DNA of 64,000 bases from an uncultured Lachnospiraceae bacterium (lineage in GTDB: Bacteria > Bacillota > Clostridia > Lachnospirales > Lachnospiraceae). The first letter of the stretch is position 1, and each line of letters begins with the position of its first letter. Location of the stretch: NCBI GenBank assembly GCA_937891165.1, contig CALAEX010000066.1, forward strand, positions 1,242 to 65,241. The letters run 5' to 3'. Below, piece after piece: positions 1 through 9,352 of this stretch. Made by a program: the position numbers and the translations under genes. The notes under the pieces are model-generated. The model had not been told where the DNA came from, did not search any database, and was given only the letters and a program-made list of their open reading frames with translations.

Positions 1-642
1 ATCAGTAACGCAAGGAGAAACTTCTCCAACAGCATTTTTAATTAATTTAACATCTAATTTCTTAACAACACCATTATCTATAATAATAACATCTTTCGGA
101 GCTAACCCAGTTTCATAAGAGATAGCTACTACTTTTGCTGTAGTTGTAACATCTTTACCTGCTTCTAAATCGAGATAAGTTAATGCTTCATAAACACTAC
201 CTTCTCTGATTGTAAATTCATTTGAAGTTTCATCAGATAATTCAACTACAAACTGAACTCCGTAATTAAAGCTAACCATCATTCTTGCTACTTCATCGCC
301 TTTAGCATCGAATTCAAGAATTTCTCTTACTGGTACAGTAATGATATTAGATTCGTACTCTTTAGAACAATCTACGCTAATAGAAACCGGTGTTACGTCT
401 TCACTAAAATAACTCTTTGTAGTTTCAATAGAAGAGTAGTTACGTTTCACAGTTTTTGTTGTATAATTTACTTTACACAGCTTACCAGTGATAGTTTTAA
501 TATCACCATTTTCTGCATAACGAAGACCATTGATAACATCACCTTTAGTGAACATACTGCTGGAGACATTCCCATTTACATAAATTGTGTTAATAGCAAC
601 ATTCAGAACTGGGTCTAAATGAGTTTCAATAATTCTTGCCAT
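1..642 (-). CDS. hypothetical protein, truncated at left window edge
   Basis: ATG at 642-640 after a purine-rich RBS (agaaaggaataaattgaaATG on the - strand). All 214 codons are open to position 1 (MARIIETHLDPVLNV...CVTD). Not in the ORF track because there is no stop in the window. Confidence 0.6.
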   Translation of the reverse strand, partial: MARIIETHLDPVLNVAINTIYVNGNVSSSMFTKGDVINGLRYAENGDIKTITGKLCKVNYTTKTVKRNYSSIETTKSYFSEDVTPVSISVDCSKEYESNIITVPVREILEFDAKGDEVARMMVSFNYGVQFVVELSDETSNEFTIREGSVYEALTYLDLEAGKDVTTTAKVVAISYETGLAPKDVIIIDNGVVKKLDVKLIKNAVGEVSPCVTD

Positions 643-776
643 TTCAATTTATTCCTTTCTTATTTTCATTTGTGGAACACATCCACTACTTATTAATTTG
701 TTTTCTAATACGTGAAAATCCTAAAATTTATTTAGTGAAATGAAAGGGATACTATTTCAAGTATCCCTTTCATTAT

Positions 777-2087
777 TTAAACTTCTTCATCATTAATCGT
801 AAACTGGTATGAAATATCTTCATCCTTATCAATTGTGATGATTTTTCTTTCTTTTGAATCTGAATCTTCATTGATTGTAAGACCCATTAAAACATCTTTA
901 TCATTACTAGAAGTAAATAATACGAAATTATCACCTTCATAATTCATGATAGTAAACATCGTATAGACGTCATTATTTTTTATCATTGCAGCTAATAACT
1001 TACATTCAAGCTCCACTTGAATATACATTTTAAGCTGTTCATGAATATTAAAATCGATAACACAAGGTTCTACGACATTTGGAATGTATGTTTTTACCAT
1101 ATCTTGATTAAAATGATATAAATCTTTTTTAAGATATTCTAATCCTTTAGAAGCAATAGAATCTGCAATAGTTTTATCACCAAAAATGATTACATCTTTA
1201 TTTACTTCTCCAATAATATCACCATTCTCAAGATACATATTTTTTCTTTTCGTTTCATAAACTCTATCCAGAGTATCTAAAGTAGTTTCTCTTATAATAC
1301 CTGCTTTATAATAGTTCATGTAAGTACTAAGAACATCCATTAATTCCATATTAGAATTTTGAATTTTTTCTTCCACCAGTAATAAGAATGGGTCTTCTTT
1401 ATCACTTCCATTAAAAAAGGTTTCGTGACTAAAACCATGTTTATCGTAAAAACAGGATAAAACATAAGCAAAATCCATTATGATTTTTCCATTAAGCTCT
1501 GTTTTTACAATTTTGCGTAATACTTTAAAATATCTGAAAGAGCTGGAAATAATTTCATTCACACTCCCAGGAGCATATAAATCATATAAAATCTCTGTAG
1601 CATTTACGACCACGTCTAAAATATCAAAAAGAACGATTCTAGCCATTTTGATTGGGTAATAGAAATCGTCAATTTCTTTTCCATATGCTCTACACTCACC
1701 AAGGAATTCACAACTTTCTTTATAGATATACACTAAATCAGATAATCCACCTATAGTGAAGTTTCTAACTCTCATGTAATATTTATACAAAAAATGTTTT
1801 GGGTGAGATTCATTTGCTGCATCTGGTGGATAACCTAAATCTCTCAAAAAAGATTTTCTGATATTTCCCATTGTAGCATTGTCCCGGTTGTTGATATTTT
1901 CATATCGTTCAATGGTCCTTCGTGTTAAATCTTCTAATCCAAATCGTTTTGAAGTTTCAAAATCTATGGTCATTAAATTACGAATTTTTGAAGAATAGAT
2001 TTCATAGTATTGACCAATAGCTCTAGCGGATTCATCATCCACATGATTAATATTTTCTATTGTGATTTTATCATATATTCTTTCCAT
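777..2087 (-). CDS. hypothetical protein (436 aa)
   Basis: Long ORF, AGAGG RBS upstream of the ATG, tightly packed with the downstream gene. No motif recognised. Confidence 0.75.
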   Translation of the reverse strand: MERIYDKITIENINHVDDESARAIGQYYEIYSSKIRNLMTIDFETSKRFGLEDLTRRTIERYENINNRDNATMGNIRKSFLRDLGYPPDAANESHPKHFLYKYYMRVRNFTIGGLSDLVYIYKESCEFLGECRAYGKEIDDFYYPIKMARIVLFDILDVVVNATEILYDLYAPGSVNEIISSSFRYFKVLRKIVKTELNGKIIMDFAYVLSCFYDKHGFSHETFFNGSDKEDPFLLLVEEKIQNSNMELMDVLSTYMNYYKAGIIRETTLDTLDRVYETKRKNMYLENGDIIGEVNKDVIIFGDKTIADSIASKGLEYLKKDLYHFNQDMVKTYIPNVVEPCVIDFNIHEQLKMYIQVELECKLLAAMIKNNDVYTMFTIMNYEGDNFVLFTSSNDKDVLMGLTINEDSDSKERKIITIDKDEDISYQFTINDEEV

Positions 2088-2101
2088 GAGTAATAACCTC
2101 T

Positions 2102-2899
2102 CTATGGCATAAATATTTTGTCATTTTCATCATTATGAATTTTTTCTTTCATTAAAGACAAAAACTGTAAGAACTTAATATGGTTCTTATTTTCAATTTT
2201 GATATAGCTAAATGTATTTTTGTTTGATTTCATAACAGCATCTTTTAAACGTTCTTTTACTTTATCCACATCTTGAATTTTGTGATGCGTATTTGGGTTA
2301 TCACCACCATCTTTAATTTCAATTTCAAGACCTAAGGATGGGATGAAGAAATCAGGAATATAAAAATGCTGTTTACCTTCATATGTGTAAAAATAAGTAT
2401 GAGGTGATGGAGCAATAATATCCTTAGAATCGAAATACATATCCAAATCTAAGAATTTTAAAAACTCTAATTCATAACTTCCTGTATATGGAGTTTTTGT
2501 AATTCCATCTCTCCATGTATATATACCAGAAATCTTTCTATTAGCTAACATCTTTTTCTGTTGCTCTGGGTCGTCAAGTAAAGTAGTTTTACCATACTTT
2601 CCAATCATTCGTTTTTTAAATTCTTCTCTGTAAATATCTTTACATTTAGGATTATTACAGAATCTATTGTATTTATGGGTTACTTCGTTCCAATCTGTTT
2701 CTTTTTTACAGATAACACAAGAGCCCTTAAGTTTCCCTGTTTTTTGGTAGTAATAATATCTCCAGCCTGAAAAACCTGTTGGTAAGAAATCGATATGAAC
2801 GGTTTCTAAGTGTTCAGTATAGGCATCAGGTTCTAAGAAATATGTATCACAAAAGGAACAGCGAACTTTTTTCTTTGATCGCATCTTTGTTGTTGACAC
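2102..2899 (-). CDS. putative PD-(D/E)xK-fold nuclease with N-terminal Cys/His zinc-finger-like region
   Basis: N-terminus has CSFC..(12)..HLETVH (C2H2-like) plus CVIC/CNNPKC. C-terminus has IPDFF...LEIEIKD, which fits D...(D/E)xK. GTG start after an AGGTAGG RBS. Confidence 0.45.
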   Translation of the reverse strand: MSTTKMRSKKKVRCSFCDTYFLEPDAYTEHLETVHIDFLPTGFSGWRYYYYQKTGKLKGSCVICKKETDWNEVTHKYNRFCNNPKCKDIYREEFKKRMIGKYGKTTLLDDPEQQKKMLANRKISGIYTWRDGITKTPYTGSYELEFLKFLDLDMYFDSKDIIAPSPHTYFYTYEGKQHFYIPDFFIPSLGLEIEIKDGGDNPNTHHKIQDVDKVKERLKDAVMKSNKNTFSYIKIENKNHIKFLQFLSLMKEKIHNDENDKIFMP

Positions 2900-3021
2900 T
2901 TTTCTTACCTACCTTTCTTATTTAAAATACTTAAAGTAATGTGCTTTCATCTAAATAACTATTATACGTAAAATGGATAAAATCATTGATATAATATTAT
3001 GGTGTAGATGAATAAAAATAA

Positions 3022-3090
3022 TTGAATAGCGCTCCGTAAAAAGTCAGAATAAATCGGAGGCGGAAGAGTATCACTTCTAATTGATACACA
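3022..3090 (+). promoter_or_regulatory. conserved two-hairpin 5' leader, copy 1 of 3
   Basis: Hairpin 1: gcgctccg (3029-3036) pairs with cggaggcgg (3055-3063). Hairpin 2: gtatca (3068-3073) pairs with tgatac (3082-3087). Homologous to the copies at 21986-22055 and 39606-39675. Confidence 0.6.
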
Positions 3091-3091
3091 A

Positions 3092-3142
3092 GTAAATATA
3101 GTTATGGGTGGAGATAATATCAAGAGCCCGGAGGTAATTATG
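3092..3142 (+). repeat. ~50-nt translation-initiation module shared with 7969-8022
   Basis: gtaaata..ATGGGTGGAGATAAT..ATCAAGAGCC(C/T)GGAGGTAATTATG is nearly identical at both loci. It includes the GGAGG RBS and the ATG at 3140. Confidence 0.8.
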
Positions 3143-4306
3143 TTAAACAAATTTAAAATCGTAGAAAAATCCTTACAGGAAACTATCAAATCCAAAACTG
3201 GTCGTAAAGGTCTCAAGATGTACAAGGAAGTTAAATCTAACGTGGTTAAACCTTCCTTAGCGAAGAAAACCATCGGAGGTTTCAGTCGTGGGATTCAGAA
3301 AGAACGTCAGTTAATCGCAGACAAAAAGTATCATCAGGCGGTAAAAGAGTGGAGAGCTTCTATGCTCCGTCTTGCTCTTGAGATGGTTGATACCATCGAG
3401 TTTGCTATGAAGAAATTCGGGTATACAGAAGATGAAGCAAAGGCTTATTCCGACAGAGCACTTGCTAAAGTTTTAGTAATCAAAGAACGTCTTGCTTCTG
3501 GTAAGTATGATTCTATGATTAACGATGTTCCATTTGCAATCGAAACTTTTACAGCAGAAATCATCGCCGCATCTGGTATGGGATTGCTTGAACAGAAGTT
3601 CTTCAATTCCTGTGTGAATAGTGCTACCGAAGATTCTGAAGAAAATCTCGATGATGAGTTCGAAGATGATTCTTGGGATTTAGACGAAGAATTCCCAGAA
3701 GATTTCGAAGGAACAATCGAAGATTATGATCTCGGTGAAGAGTCTGTAGTAGAAGATTTTCGCGAAGTTGTAACTGTCGTAGATGGACCCAAAGTAGAAA
3801 TCGTTGAAGATGAAGAATACAGAAAAGCAGTTCGTCAGAGACGAATTACTTATGTAGAAAATCTTCTCATTGCTACAGGTCCAACAGTAGGATGTTATGA
3901 TGATGTCACAGACCTTCTTGATAAGCTTGGTGAAGCAGATCTTCAGAAACTTCACGATGGCGGATACGATGATGTGAGTGATAGCGATTTCTACAATCAC
4001 GTTCATACCGATATCATTACAGTAGTTACAGAGGCTTATGCTAATGCTCTTAAAAGAGAAGAAGTAAAAGCCGAAGAAACATCTGAAGAAACACCAGCAG
4101 AAGAAGCTCCGATTGAAGAATCTCAGGAACCAGAAGAAGTTCAGGTGGTTGAAGAAGTTATTGAAGAAACATCTGAAGAACCTGAAACTGCTGTTGAAGC
4201 TATAGAAGCTGCTGTAAAAGAAGTATTAGAAATAGATACCGAATCCAATAACAAATACCCTGCTAAAAAGAAGGGTAGAAAATCAGCTAATACTTCTGAA
4301 AAATAA
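3140..4306 (+). CDS. hypothetical highly acidic protein
   Basis: ATG at 3140 lies 7 nt after GGAGG. The track start at 3104 is in frame but has no RBS. C-terminal half is D/E-rich (EETSEETPAEEAPIEESQEPEE). Confidence 0.75.
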   Translation: MLNKFKIVEKSLQETIKSKTGRKGLKMYKEVKSNVVKPSLAKKTIGGFSRGIQKERQLIADKKYHQAVKEWRASMLRLALEMVDTIEFAMKKFGYTEDEAKAYSDRALAKVLVIKERLASGKYDSMINDVPFAIETFTAEIIAASGMGLLEQKFFNSCVNSATEDSEENLDDEFEDDSWDLDEEFPEDFEGTIEDYDLGEESVVEDFREVVTVVDGPKVEIVEDEEYRKAVRQRRITYVENLLIATGPTVGCYDDVTDLLDKLGEADLQKLHDGGYDDVSDSDFYNHVHTDIITVVTEAYANALKREEVKAEETSEETPAEEAPIEESQEPEEVQVVEEVIEETSEEPETAVEAIEAAVKEVLEIDTESNNKYPAKKKGRKSANTSEK

Positions 4307-4321
4307 TCTACTTATAAGAAA

Positions 4322-4351
4322 GGACAGGTCTAAACAACCTGTTCTTTTTTT
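4322..4351 (+). terminator. intrinsic terminator
   Basis: ggacaggt-7 nt loop-acctgttc stem followed by T7. Confidence 0.75.
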
Positions 4352-4410
4352 ATATTTAATACCACTAGAAAACAGTTGATTAAGCTTAAAAGAAAGGAGA
4401 ATCGCTCCTC

Positions 4411-5142
4411 ATGGTAAAGAATATATCTGGTGCTAGTAATGTAACTGAATATCAGTTACAGAAATTCAACCAAGCAAACAAAGTAGAACGAGAAGATATT
4501 TTACCATTATACTTAAAATATGCAGTACAATACAATGTCCAAGTAGATGTTGCATATGTGATGTGTTTACTATATACAGATTTCTTTAAGAATGAAATTG
4601 TGAGTAATAATATCGTCGGTATTGGAACACAGGCTGGTGGAACAAAATTAGAAGAGTTTAATTCGATTGAAGATTGTGTAATTGCTCATTGCGAAATATT
4701 GCAGAAAGTATCAACTGATGCCATTATTGAATTCCCAAAATCTAATTTATATAGAAGACTGGGAAACAATTCCTGTAACTATAGTTCTGAGTTATACGTT
4801 TTATTTAATTACGAAGAACTTACAAACTATACGATTTATCAATATTCCATTTTCATAAGAGAAATTAATAGAACGAGAAAAGAAAACCCGGGATGGGTCG
4901 TAAGTGACAATTTCTATTATTATATTAAAGTAATGAGTAGTAGAAGTAAGAGAAGAATAGTTTCTTTACGAAGTGAATTGTTCAATAAAGGATTTAAATC
5001 AGACCAGTTATTTATAACTTGTACAAATGGGATGTACACATTAGAAGCCGGAAGACATAGAGACCCATCATCATCACAAATTATGTTGAATAATTTACAA
5101 ATGTACGGTTATAATGGTATTATGAGTTTTAGAAGGAAGTAG
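4411..5142 (+). CDS. hypothetical protein, possible cell-wall hydrolase with SPOR-like C-terminus (weak call)
   Basis: AGGAG RBS. The N-terminal part loosely resembles glucosaminidase-type domains (NNIVGIG...FNSIEDCVIAHCEIL). The C-terminus resembles SPOR (YYYIKVMSS...GMYTLEAGRH...LQMYGYNG). Recognised from memory only. Confidence 0.6.
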   Translation: MVKNISGASNVTEYQLQKFNQANKVEREDILPLYLKYAVQYNVQVDVAYVMCLLYTDFFKNEIVSNNIVGIGTQAGGTKLEEFNSIEDCVIAHCEILQKVSTDAIIEFPKSNLYRRLGNNSCNYSSELYVLFNYEELTNYTIYQYSIFIREINRTRKENPGWVVSDNFYYYIKVMSSRSKRRIVSLRSELFNKGFKSDQLFITCTNGMYTLEAGRHRDPSSSQIMLNNLQMYGYNGIMSFRRK

Positions 5143-5167
5143 GAATTATCCTACTTCCTTCTTATTT
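5135..5167. terminator. hairpin between convergent genes
   Basis: ggaagtagg-6 nt loop-cctacttcc followed by ttcttattt. Confidence 0.6.
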
Positions 5168-5171
5168 AATT

Positions 5172-5498
5172 TTAGTCAATAAATAAATATATATCTGCAA
5201 TTAAATCATTAATAAATCCTTGGAAATATGTTCGCATATTTCCACATGTTAATATACCTGTATTTGAATCGTATGATTTAAATAAAATATATTCTTTTGG
5301 ATATCCAGAATTTAGTAAAGATGTATCAGCATAATTTTGTATTTTAACATAAGATATGAAAAAATCTGAAACTGTGATTTTATTAATATTATCAACTAAA
5401 CCAGATATATCAAAAGTTTGTTCCTTATTAAAAGTTACATTGGTCTTTATTAAAATTTTTTGTCCCATATCATTTCCGCCTTCTATTAAGGATTTCAC
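5172..5498 (-). CDS. small hypothetical protein downstream of 85-nt element copy A
   Basis: The track ORF starts at the GTG at 5498, which directly abuts the element. A better RBS context is the ATG at 5468 (aaggcggaaatgatATG). Confidence 0.6.
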   Translation of the reverse strand: MKSLIEGGNDMGQKILIKTNVTFNKEQTFDISGLVDNINKITVSDFFISYVKIQNYADTSLLNSGYPKEYILFKSYDSNTGILTCGNMRTYFQGFINDLIADIYLFID

Positions 5499-5499
5499 C

Positions 5500-5582
5500 T
5501 TACTATTTAGCTTAATAAAAATTCTCTATCTCCCGAGAATCATCGAGAGATAGAGAAAATTAATTGTGCTAAATTCAATCCC
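5500..5582 (-). repeat. 85-nt rod-like conserved element, copy A (loop class agaatcat)
   Basis: Arms at 5522-5535 and 5544-5557 flank an 8-nt spacer at 5536-5543. Flanks: ttactatttagcttaataaaaa and aattaattgtgctaaattcaatccc. Confidence 0.9.
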
Positions 5583-5625
5583 GAAAAAGAAAATATCCAG
5601 TTGCAGGAATGACCTGCAACTGGAT
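5583..5625 (-). terminator. intrinsic terminator immediately upstream (on the - strand) of element A
   Basis: 13-bp stem atccagttgcagg/cctgcaactggat, followed on the - strand by attttcttttt. Confidence 0.6.
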
Positions 5626-5819
5626 TGTCTTTAATTGATATTTTTATTCAATAATATATAAGCATATTCCGAAAAACGAAATATTGGAATATTTATAGCG
5701 GATATTTTACCCACTTACTTTATTGTATTATTTTACTTACTTTTTAATATATAAAATATACCCCTTGAAAACATTATACTAAATTATTGAATAAAAATTA
5801 GAAAGGATGGTTTGCGATT

Positions 5820-7349
5820 ATGGATCATTCAGTACAGAATCCTGTTATTAATTTCATTGATGAAGTTAATAAACAGAATACTCTTAGTAATAGCTATGAC
5901 GCAATTAATAATGACCCTAATATTAAACTTCGCAGATTGGGCGAAACCAAACAGCAGGGTAAAGTGCTTTGTATGAATTCCATTTTGTCCAGACTCTGCA
6001 GCAATTCAATCCCAGAAATCAATGGGCGTGTTGCGAACACTCCGGATTTAGATAAAGTAGTACGTGATTATGTGGCAAGAAGAACTAATGGTCAGGATAT
6101 TGACTTTTATGTAAAAGAAGCTATTAAACGTAATCCAAAAAATACAGAAGCGATTAAGAATATTTATGAATCTGTAAGCAAAATTGTCAATGAGATGTAT
6201 ATCGAAAAAGAATTACATCCGGAAACTATTACAGATAATGACTATTCTTTTTCTCTTACACCGGAAGTTGATGATAAATTAACTGCTATTATTAGAGATA
6301 ATAACCTAGATAGTTTATCAGATGTTATCAAAGATAACGTAAGAAATAATGCAATCACTGAAGTAGAACTTGCAAAGAAAGAACGTGAAGATAGACTTGC
6401 TTTGGAAGAAGAGCTTATGAATGATGAGACCATTACTACAGAAGCTGCTTTGGAAGAAGCACTAAGAGTACGTGGATTAAATGAAAGAAAATTCTACACT
6501 CCTTCTTTATTTGAAGCGGTTATGAATTCTAAGTTTAAAGAAATGCCAGTTCTTGAAAGTATTGGTGATGTAGAATATGAATGCGAATCTGAGTATTTGA
6601 CAGAGGGTGTTCTTAAGAATATTGCGAATAAATTTACTGGTAATACAGAAGAAGCTGCAAAAGCTGCGATTGAAAAGAACCATACACAGTTCTTAGCAAC
6701 AATCGAAAAAATGTATACCGGAGTTTATTCTCAGTACCGTTCTAAAGTATCTCCAATCAATGTAGATTTAATTTCTAAATCTATTAAGAAAATTATGGCG
6801 GATTCTAGAGTTGGAAATGTAACTTACAAATCCAAAGTAAATATGTCAGAAGTGAAAGAAGCAGTTAGTAAATACAAAGAAAATACAAAAACTTTGTTTA
6901 CTGCTAAGAAATTGACAAAATTTGATGTACCTAAGAATAAGAAAGCTTATTCTGCAAATGATGCTGTAAGTGAAATGGTTAGTATTGTAAGTGCATTAGA
7001 TACATATTTTGCAAAACCGGATGTAAAATCATTCGTAAATAAAGCGAGTGCTTTTGTTACTGGTAAAGTAAGTAAATGCGATAATGCAAAAGATGTAAAC
7101 GTTACTTACAAATTAGCAATCGAATATTATATGGCAGAACTTGCTTACTATGCACAGGGTATTGAATTTGTAGCATCTGTTTCTGAATTTGCGAAAAAAC
7201 TTATGAGTAAATACAGTAATGATGCTGTAAAAGAAGCAGCTTTTGATAAAGCTATTGTAGAATATACAATGCTTAATATTTCAAAAGCATTATATCTTGA
7301 AAGCTTTAGCTTGATGGATTTACCGAATGTGATTAGAAGTTACGAATAA
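5820..7349 (+). CDS. hypothetical protein (509 aa)
   Basis: Long ORF with an AAAGGA RBS. No motif recognised. Confidence 0.75.
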   Translation: MDHSVQNPVINFIDEVNKQNTLSNSYDAINNDPNIKLRRLGETKQQGKVLCMNSILSRLCSNSIPEINGRVANTPDLDKVVRDYVARRTNGQDIDFYVKEAIKRNPKNTEAIKNIYESVSKIVNEMYIEKELHPETITDNDYSFSLTPEVDDKLTAIIRDNNLDSLSDVIKDNVRNNAITEVELAKKEREDRLALEEELMNDETITTEAALEEALRVRGLNERKFYTPSLFEAVMNSKFKEMPVLESIGDVEYECESEYLTEGVLKNIANKFTGNTEEAAKAAIEKNHTQFLATIEKMYTGVYSQYRSKVSPINVDLISKSIKKIMADSRVGNVTYKSKVNMSEVKEAVSKYKENTKTLFTAKKLTKFDVPKNKKAYSANDAVSEMVSIVSALDTYFAKPDVKSFVNKASAFVTGKVSKCDNAKDVNVTYKLAIEYYMAELAYYAQGIEFVASVSEFAKKLMSKYSNDAVKEAAFDKAIVEYTMLNISKALYLESFSLMDLPNVIRSYE

Positions 7350-7352
7350 ATA

Positions 7353-7392
7353 AAATATAGAGTAAGACTATTTCTAGTCTTACTCTATATTT
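7353..7392. terminator. bidirectional terminator
   Basis: Perfect 18-bp stem aaatatagagtaagacta/tagtcttactctatattt with a 4-nt loop, between convergent genes. Confidence 0.8.
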
Positions 7393-7395
7393 TAT

Positions 7396-7830
7396 TTAAT
7401 TTGAAGCTTGACCTGCTTTTTTACCACATGAGCATGTATATGTTATTTTTGTTTCACCAGATATTGTTTTATTACACGTCATTGTTTGAGATACATTGCC
7501 ATACCATTGTACCCACCAATCATATGGTTGAGCGGATACTACTTGACCACATTTACTACACACATGCCAACAATCATGTCCCTCATTCCAGGGAGATTTA
7601 TATTGATCTCCGTATAAATATGCGGTTCCTCCGCATGTAGTAGTCGTGGTTGTTGTTTTCTTAGTTGTGAAACATCCCCCAGAGACTGTCGATTCATAAC
7701 TATCTGCCAAAGAAATATCTGGCATATTATTGGCAGGATTAATATGCCAGTGTTTAAAAGGATAGAATGTACTACTTACATAGAATCCATAATGTGAATC
7801 TTTTTTAGCAAATTTCAGTCCTCCGAGGTT
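7396..7830 (-). CDS. Cys-rich small protein downstream of element copy B; start unresolved
   Basis: The frame is open from the element (7830) to the stop at 7396 (145 codons). The only in-frame ATG (7725) has no RBS. Contains several C-pairs (CSKCG, CSCG) and a Thr7 run. Confidence 0.55.
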   Translation of the reverse strand, partial: NLGGLKFAKKDSHYGFYVSSTFYPFKHWHINPANNMPDISLADSYESTVSGGCFTTKKTTTTTTTCGGTAYLYGDQYKSPWNEGHDCWHVCSKCGQVVSAQPYDWWVQWYGNVSQTMTCNKTISGETKITYTCSCGKKAGQASN

Positions 7831-7914
7831 ACTATTTAGCTTAATAAAAATTCTCTATCTCCCGATAAATACCGAGAGATAGAGAAAATTAATTGTGCTA
7901 AATTCAATCCCCCC
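7828..7914 (-). repeat. 85-nt rod-like conserved element, copy B (loop class ataaatac)
   Basis: Arms at 7851-7864 and 7873-7886, spacer at 7865-7872. Shares an extra ~60 nt with copy E on the high-coordinate side. Confidence 0.9.
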
Positions 7915-7944
7915 AAAAGTAACCGTAAAGTAGTTTCTCTCAAT

Positions 7945-7954
7945 GATATATAAT
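7945..7954 (+). promoter_or_regulatory. promoter-like motif variant GATATATAAT
   Basis: Member of the GATATATTAT motif family, 66 nt upstream of the ATG at 8020. Confidence 0.4.
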
Positions 7955-7968
7955 TTTCGTGAATCAAA

Positions 7969-8022
7969 GTAAATATTTTAATGGGTGGAGATAATAATAT
8001 CAAGAGCCTGGAGGTAATTATG
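7969..8022 (+). repeat. ~50-nt translation-initiation module, copy 2
   Basis: See 3092-3142. Confidence 0.8.
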
Positions 8023-8400
8023 AATAAAAAGATTAGAAGAATGAAAAAAGAAATTAAACGTTGGTTGAAATATACTAGCATAATTAAATTTATAGATGAG
8101 TCTGATTATGAAATTGGACTGTCTAATGATGGTGGGGGTTATATTTATTGGACAACGTACAAGTATATACCCCAAATCAAAAAATTCGAAGTTAGTTACG
8201 GTTGCAGCTCTAGTTTTGAATACTGTCCAGTATGTGGGTCATTCAGTGATCACTATGTCAATGAAAGATTTGATGAGGTGGATATTTATGGCTCAGGATT
8301 CACATGTGGTGCATTTAAATTAATTTCATTTAATGAGATGGCTGTATCTGCAATACGTAATATGACAAATCATGAGAAAGTGGAATTATACTATCAGTAA
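8020..8400 (+). CDS. hypothetical protein with CxxC motif
   Basis: ATG follows GGAGGTAATT. Contains CPVCGSF. The track start at 7981 is in frame but has no RBS. Confidence 0.7.
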   Translation: MNKKIRRMKKEIKRWLKYTSIIKFIDESDYEIGLSNDGGGYIYWTTYKYIPQIKKFEVSYGCSSSFEYCPVCGSFSDHYVNERFDEVDIYGSGFTCGAFKLISFNEMAVSAIRNMTNHEKVELYYQ

Positions 8401-8431
8401 AGAAGAAGTTAAAAACTTCTTCTTTTTTTTA
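8401..8431 (+). terminator. intrinsic terminator
   Basis: agaagaagtt-aaa-aacttcttct followed by T8. Confidence 0.8.
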
Positions 8432-8498
8432 TTTTTTAGGCTTCATTTTCAACCCTTCTATTAACATCAAAATAACTTAATGAAGGGAGACGTAAACT

Positions 8499-9352
8499 AT
8501 GGCTAAAAAAGCAGTAGATACCCTCTTGGATATGGATACTCTAGTTCAAGAGGAAACAAGTAAAGTTCATAGAAAAACAATTGGACTTGTAGATGCATTA
8601 CGAGTAGATGATACAAAGAATAACTATTTTGATTGCAATGCATCTGTAGTAACTTATAAAACAGGATTCCCACAATTAGATTATTATTTGGGATATAAAA
8701 TTAATGTATATGATGATGATAATAATATCATAGATTCATATCCATCAATTGGTATTCCTGGTGGTTCCATTATTACATTTATTGGAAAACCATCCACCAG
8801 TAAAACAACTACAGCAGTACAGGTTGCTGCTAATATCGTTAGAGAATTTGAAAATGGATTCGTTATTCATTATGACCTTGAACAAGCACAGAATTACTCG
8901 AGAGTTCAAAACTTAACTAAATTTTCAATGAGTGATTTAAAAGCTGGTAAATATATTCTCAGACAGGAAAGAAACACTGTAGGAGATATTAAAAGTTCTA
9001 TCGTGAAGATTTGGAAAAAGAAAATCGACAATCCGGATATTTATAAATATAATTCGGGTAAGAAAAATGAATTCGGTGAAGATATTATTTTATATGAACC
9101 AACAGTCGTAATTCTCGATTCCATTGCTACACTTAGTACAGGTTTGAATGAAAATGATAAAAAAGACTTAGCTAAGATGGAAGAAGTAGGAAGTCAAACA
9201 GAAAGAATGAGAATTACTGGAGAAATTGGTAGATTCTTTAATGAAGTATTGCCATATCTTCGTGAAGCGAATATTATTCTTATCTGTATTAACCAGATTA
9301 AAGATAAACCACAATTGGGATTCTGCCCTGAACCATCAGAAATCCTTTATTT
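8499..9352 (+). CDS. RecA-family recombinase, exon 1 of 2
   Basis: Walker A GKPSTSKTT, Walker B VVILDSIATL, then ILICINQIKDKP (compare RecA IFINQIR). The track tail 9353-9377 is read-through into the intron. The 3' boundary is tentative. Confidence 0.75.

Noticed and set aside
5500-5582. The 85-nt element could be a small self-cleaving ribozyme. AAAUAGU resembles part of the pistol motif, and I also checked for the hammerhead CUGAUGA core.
   Set aside because: There is no CUGAUGA...GAAA core. The sequence downstream of AAAUAGUAAC is not conserved between copies, so the remaining pistol helices cannot form.
5558-5582. A sigma-70-type promoter inside the element (TTGAAT - 17 nt - CTCTAT on the minus strand).
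   Set aside because: The -10 candidate matches TATAAT at only 2 of 6 positions.
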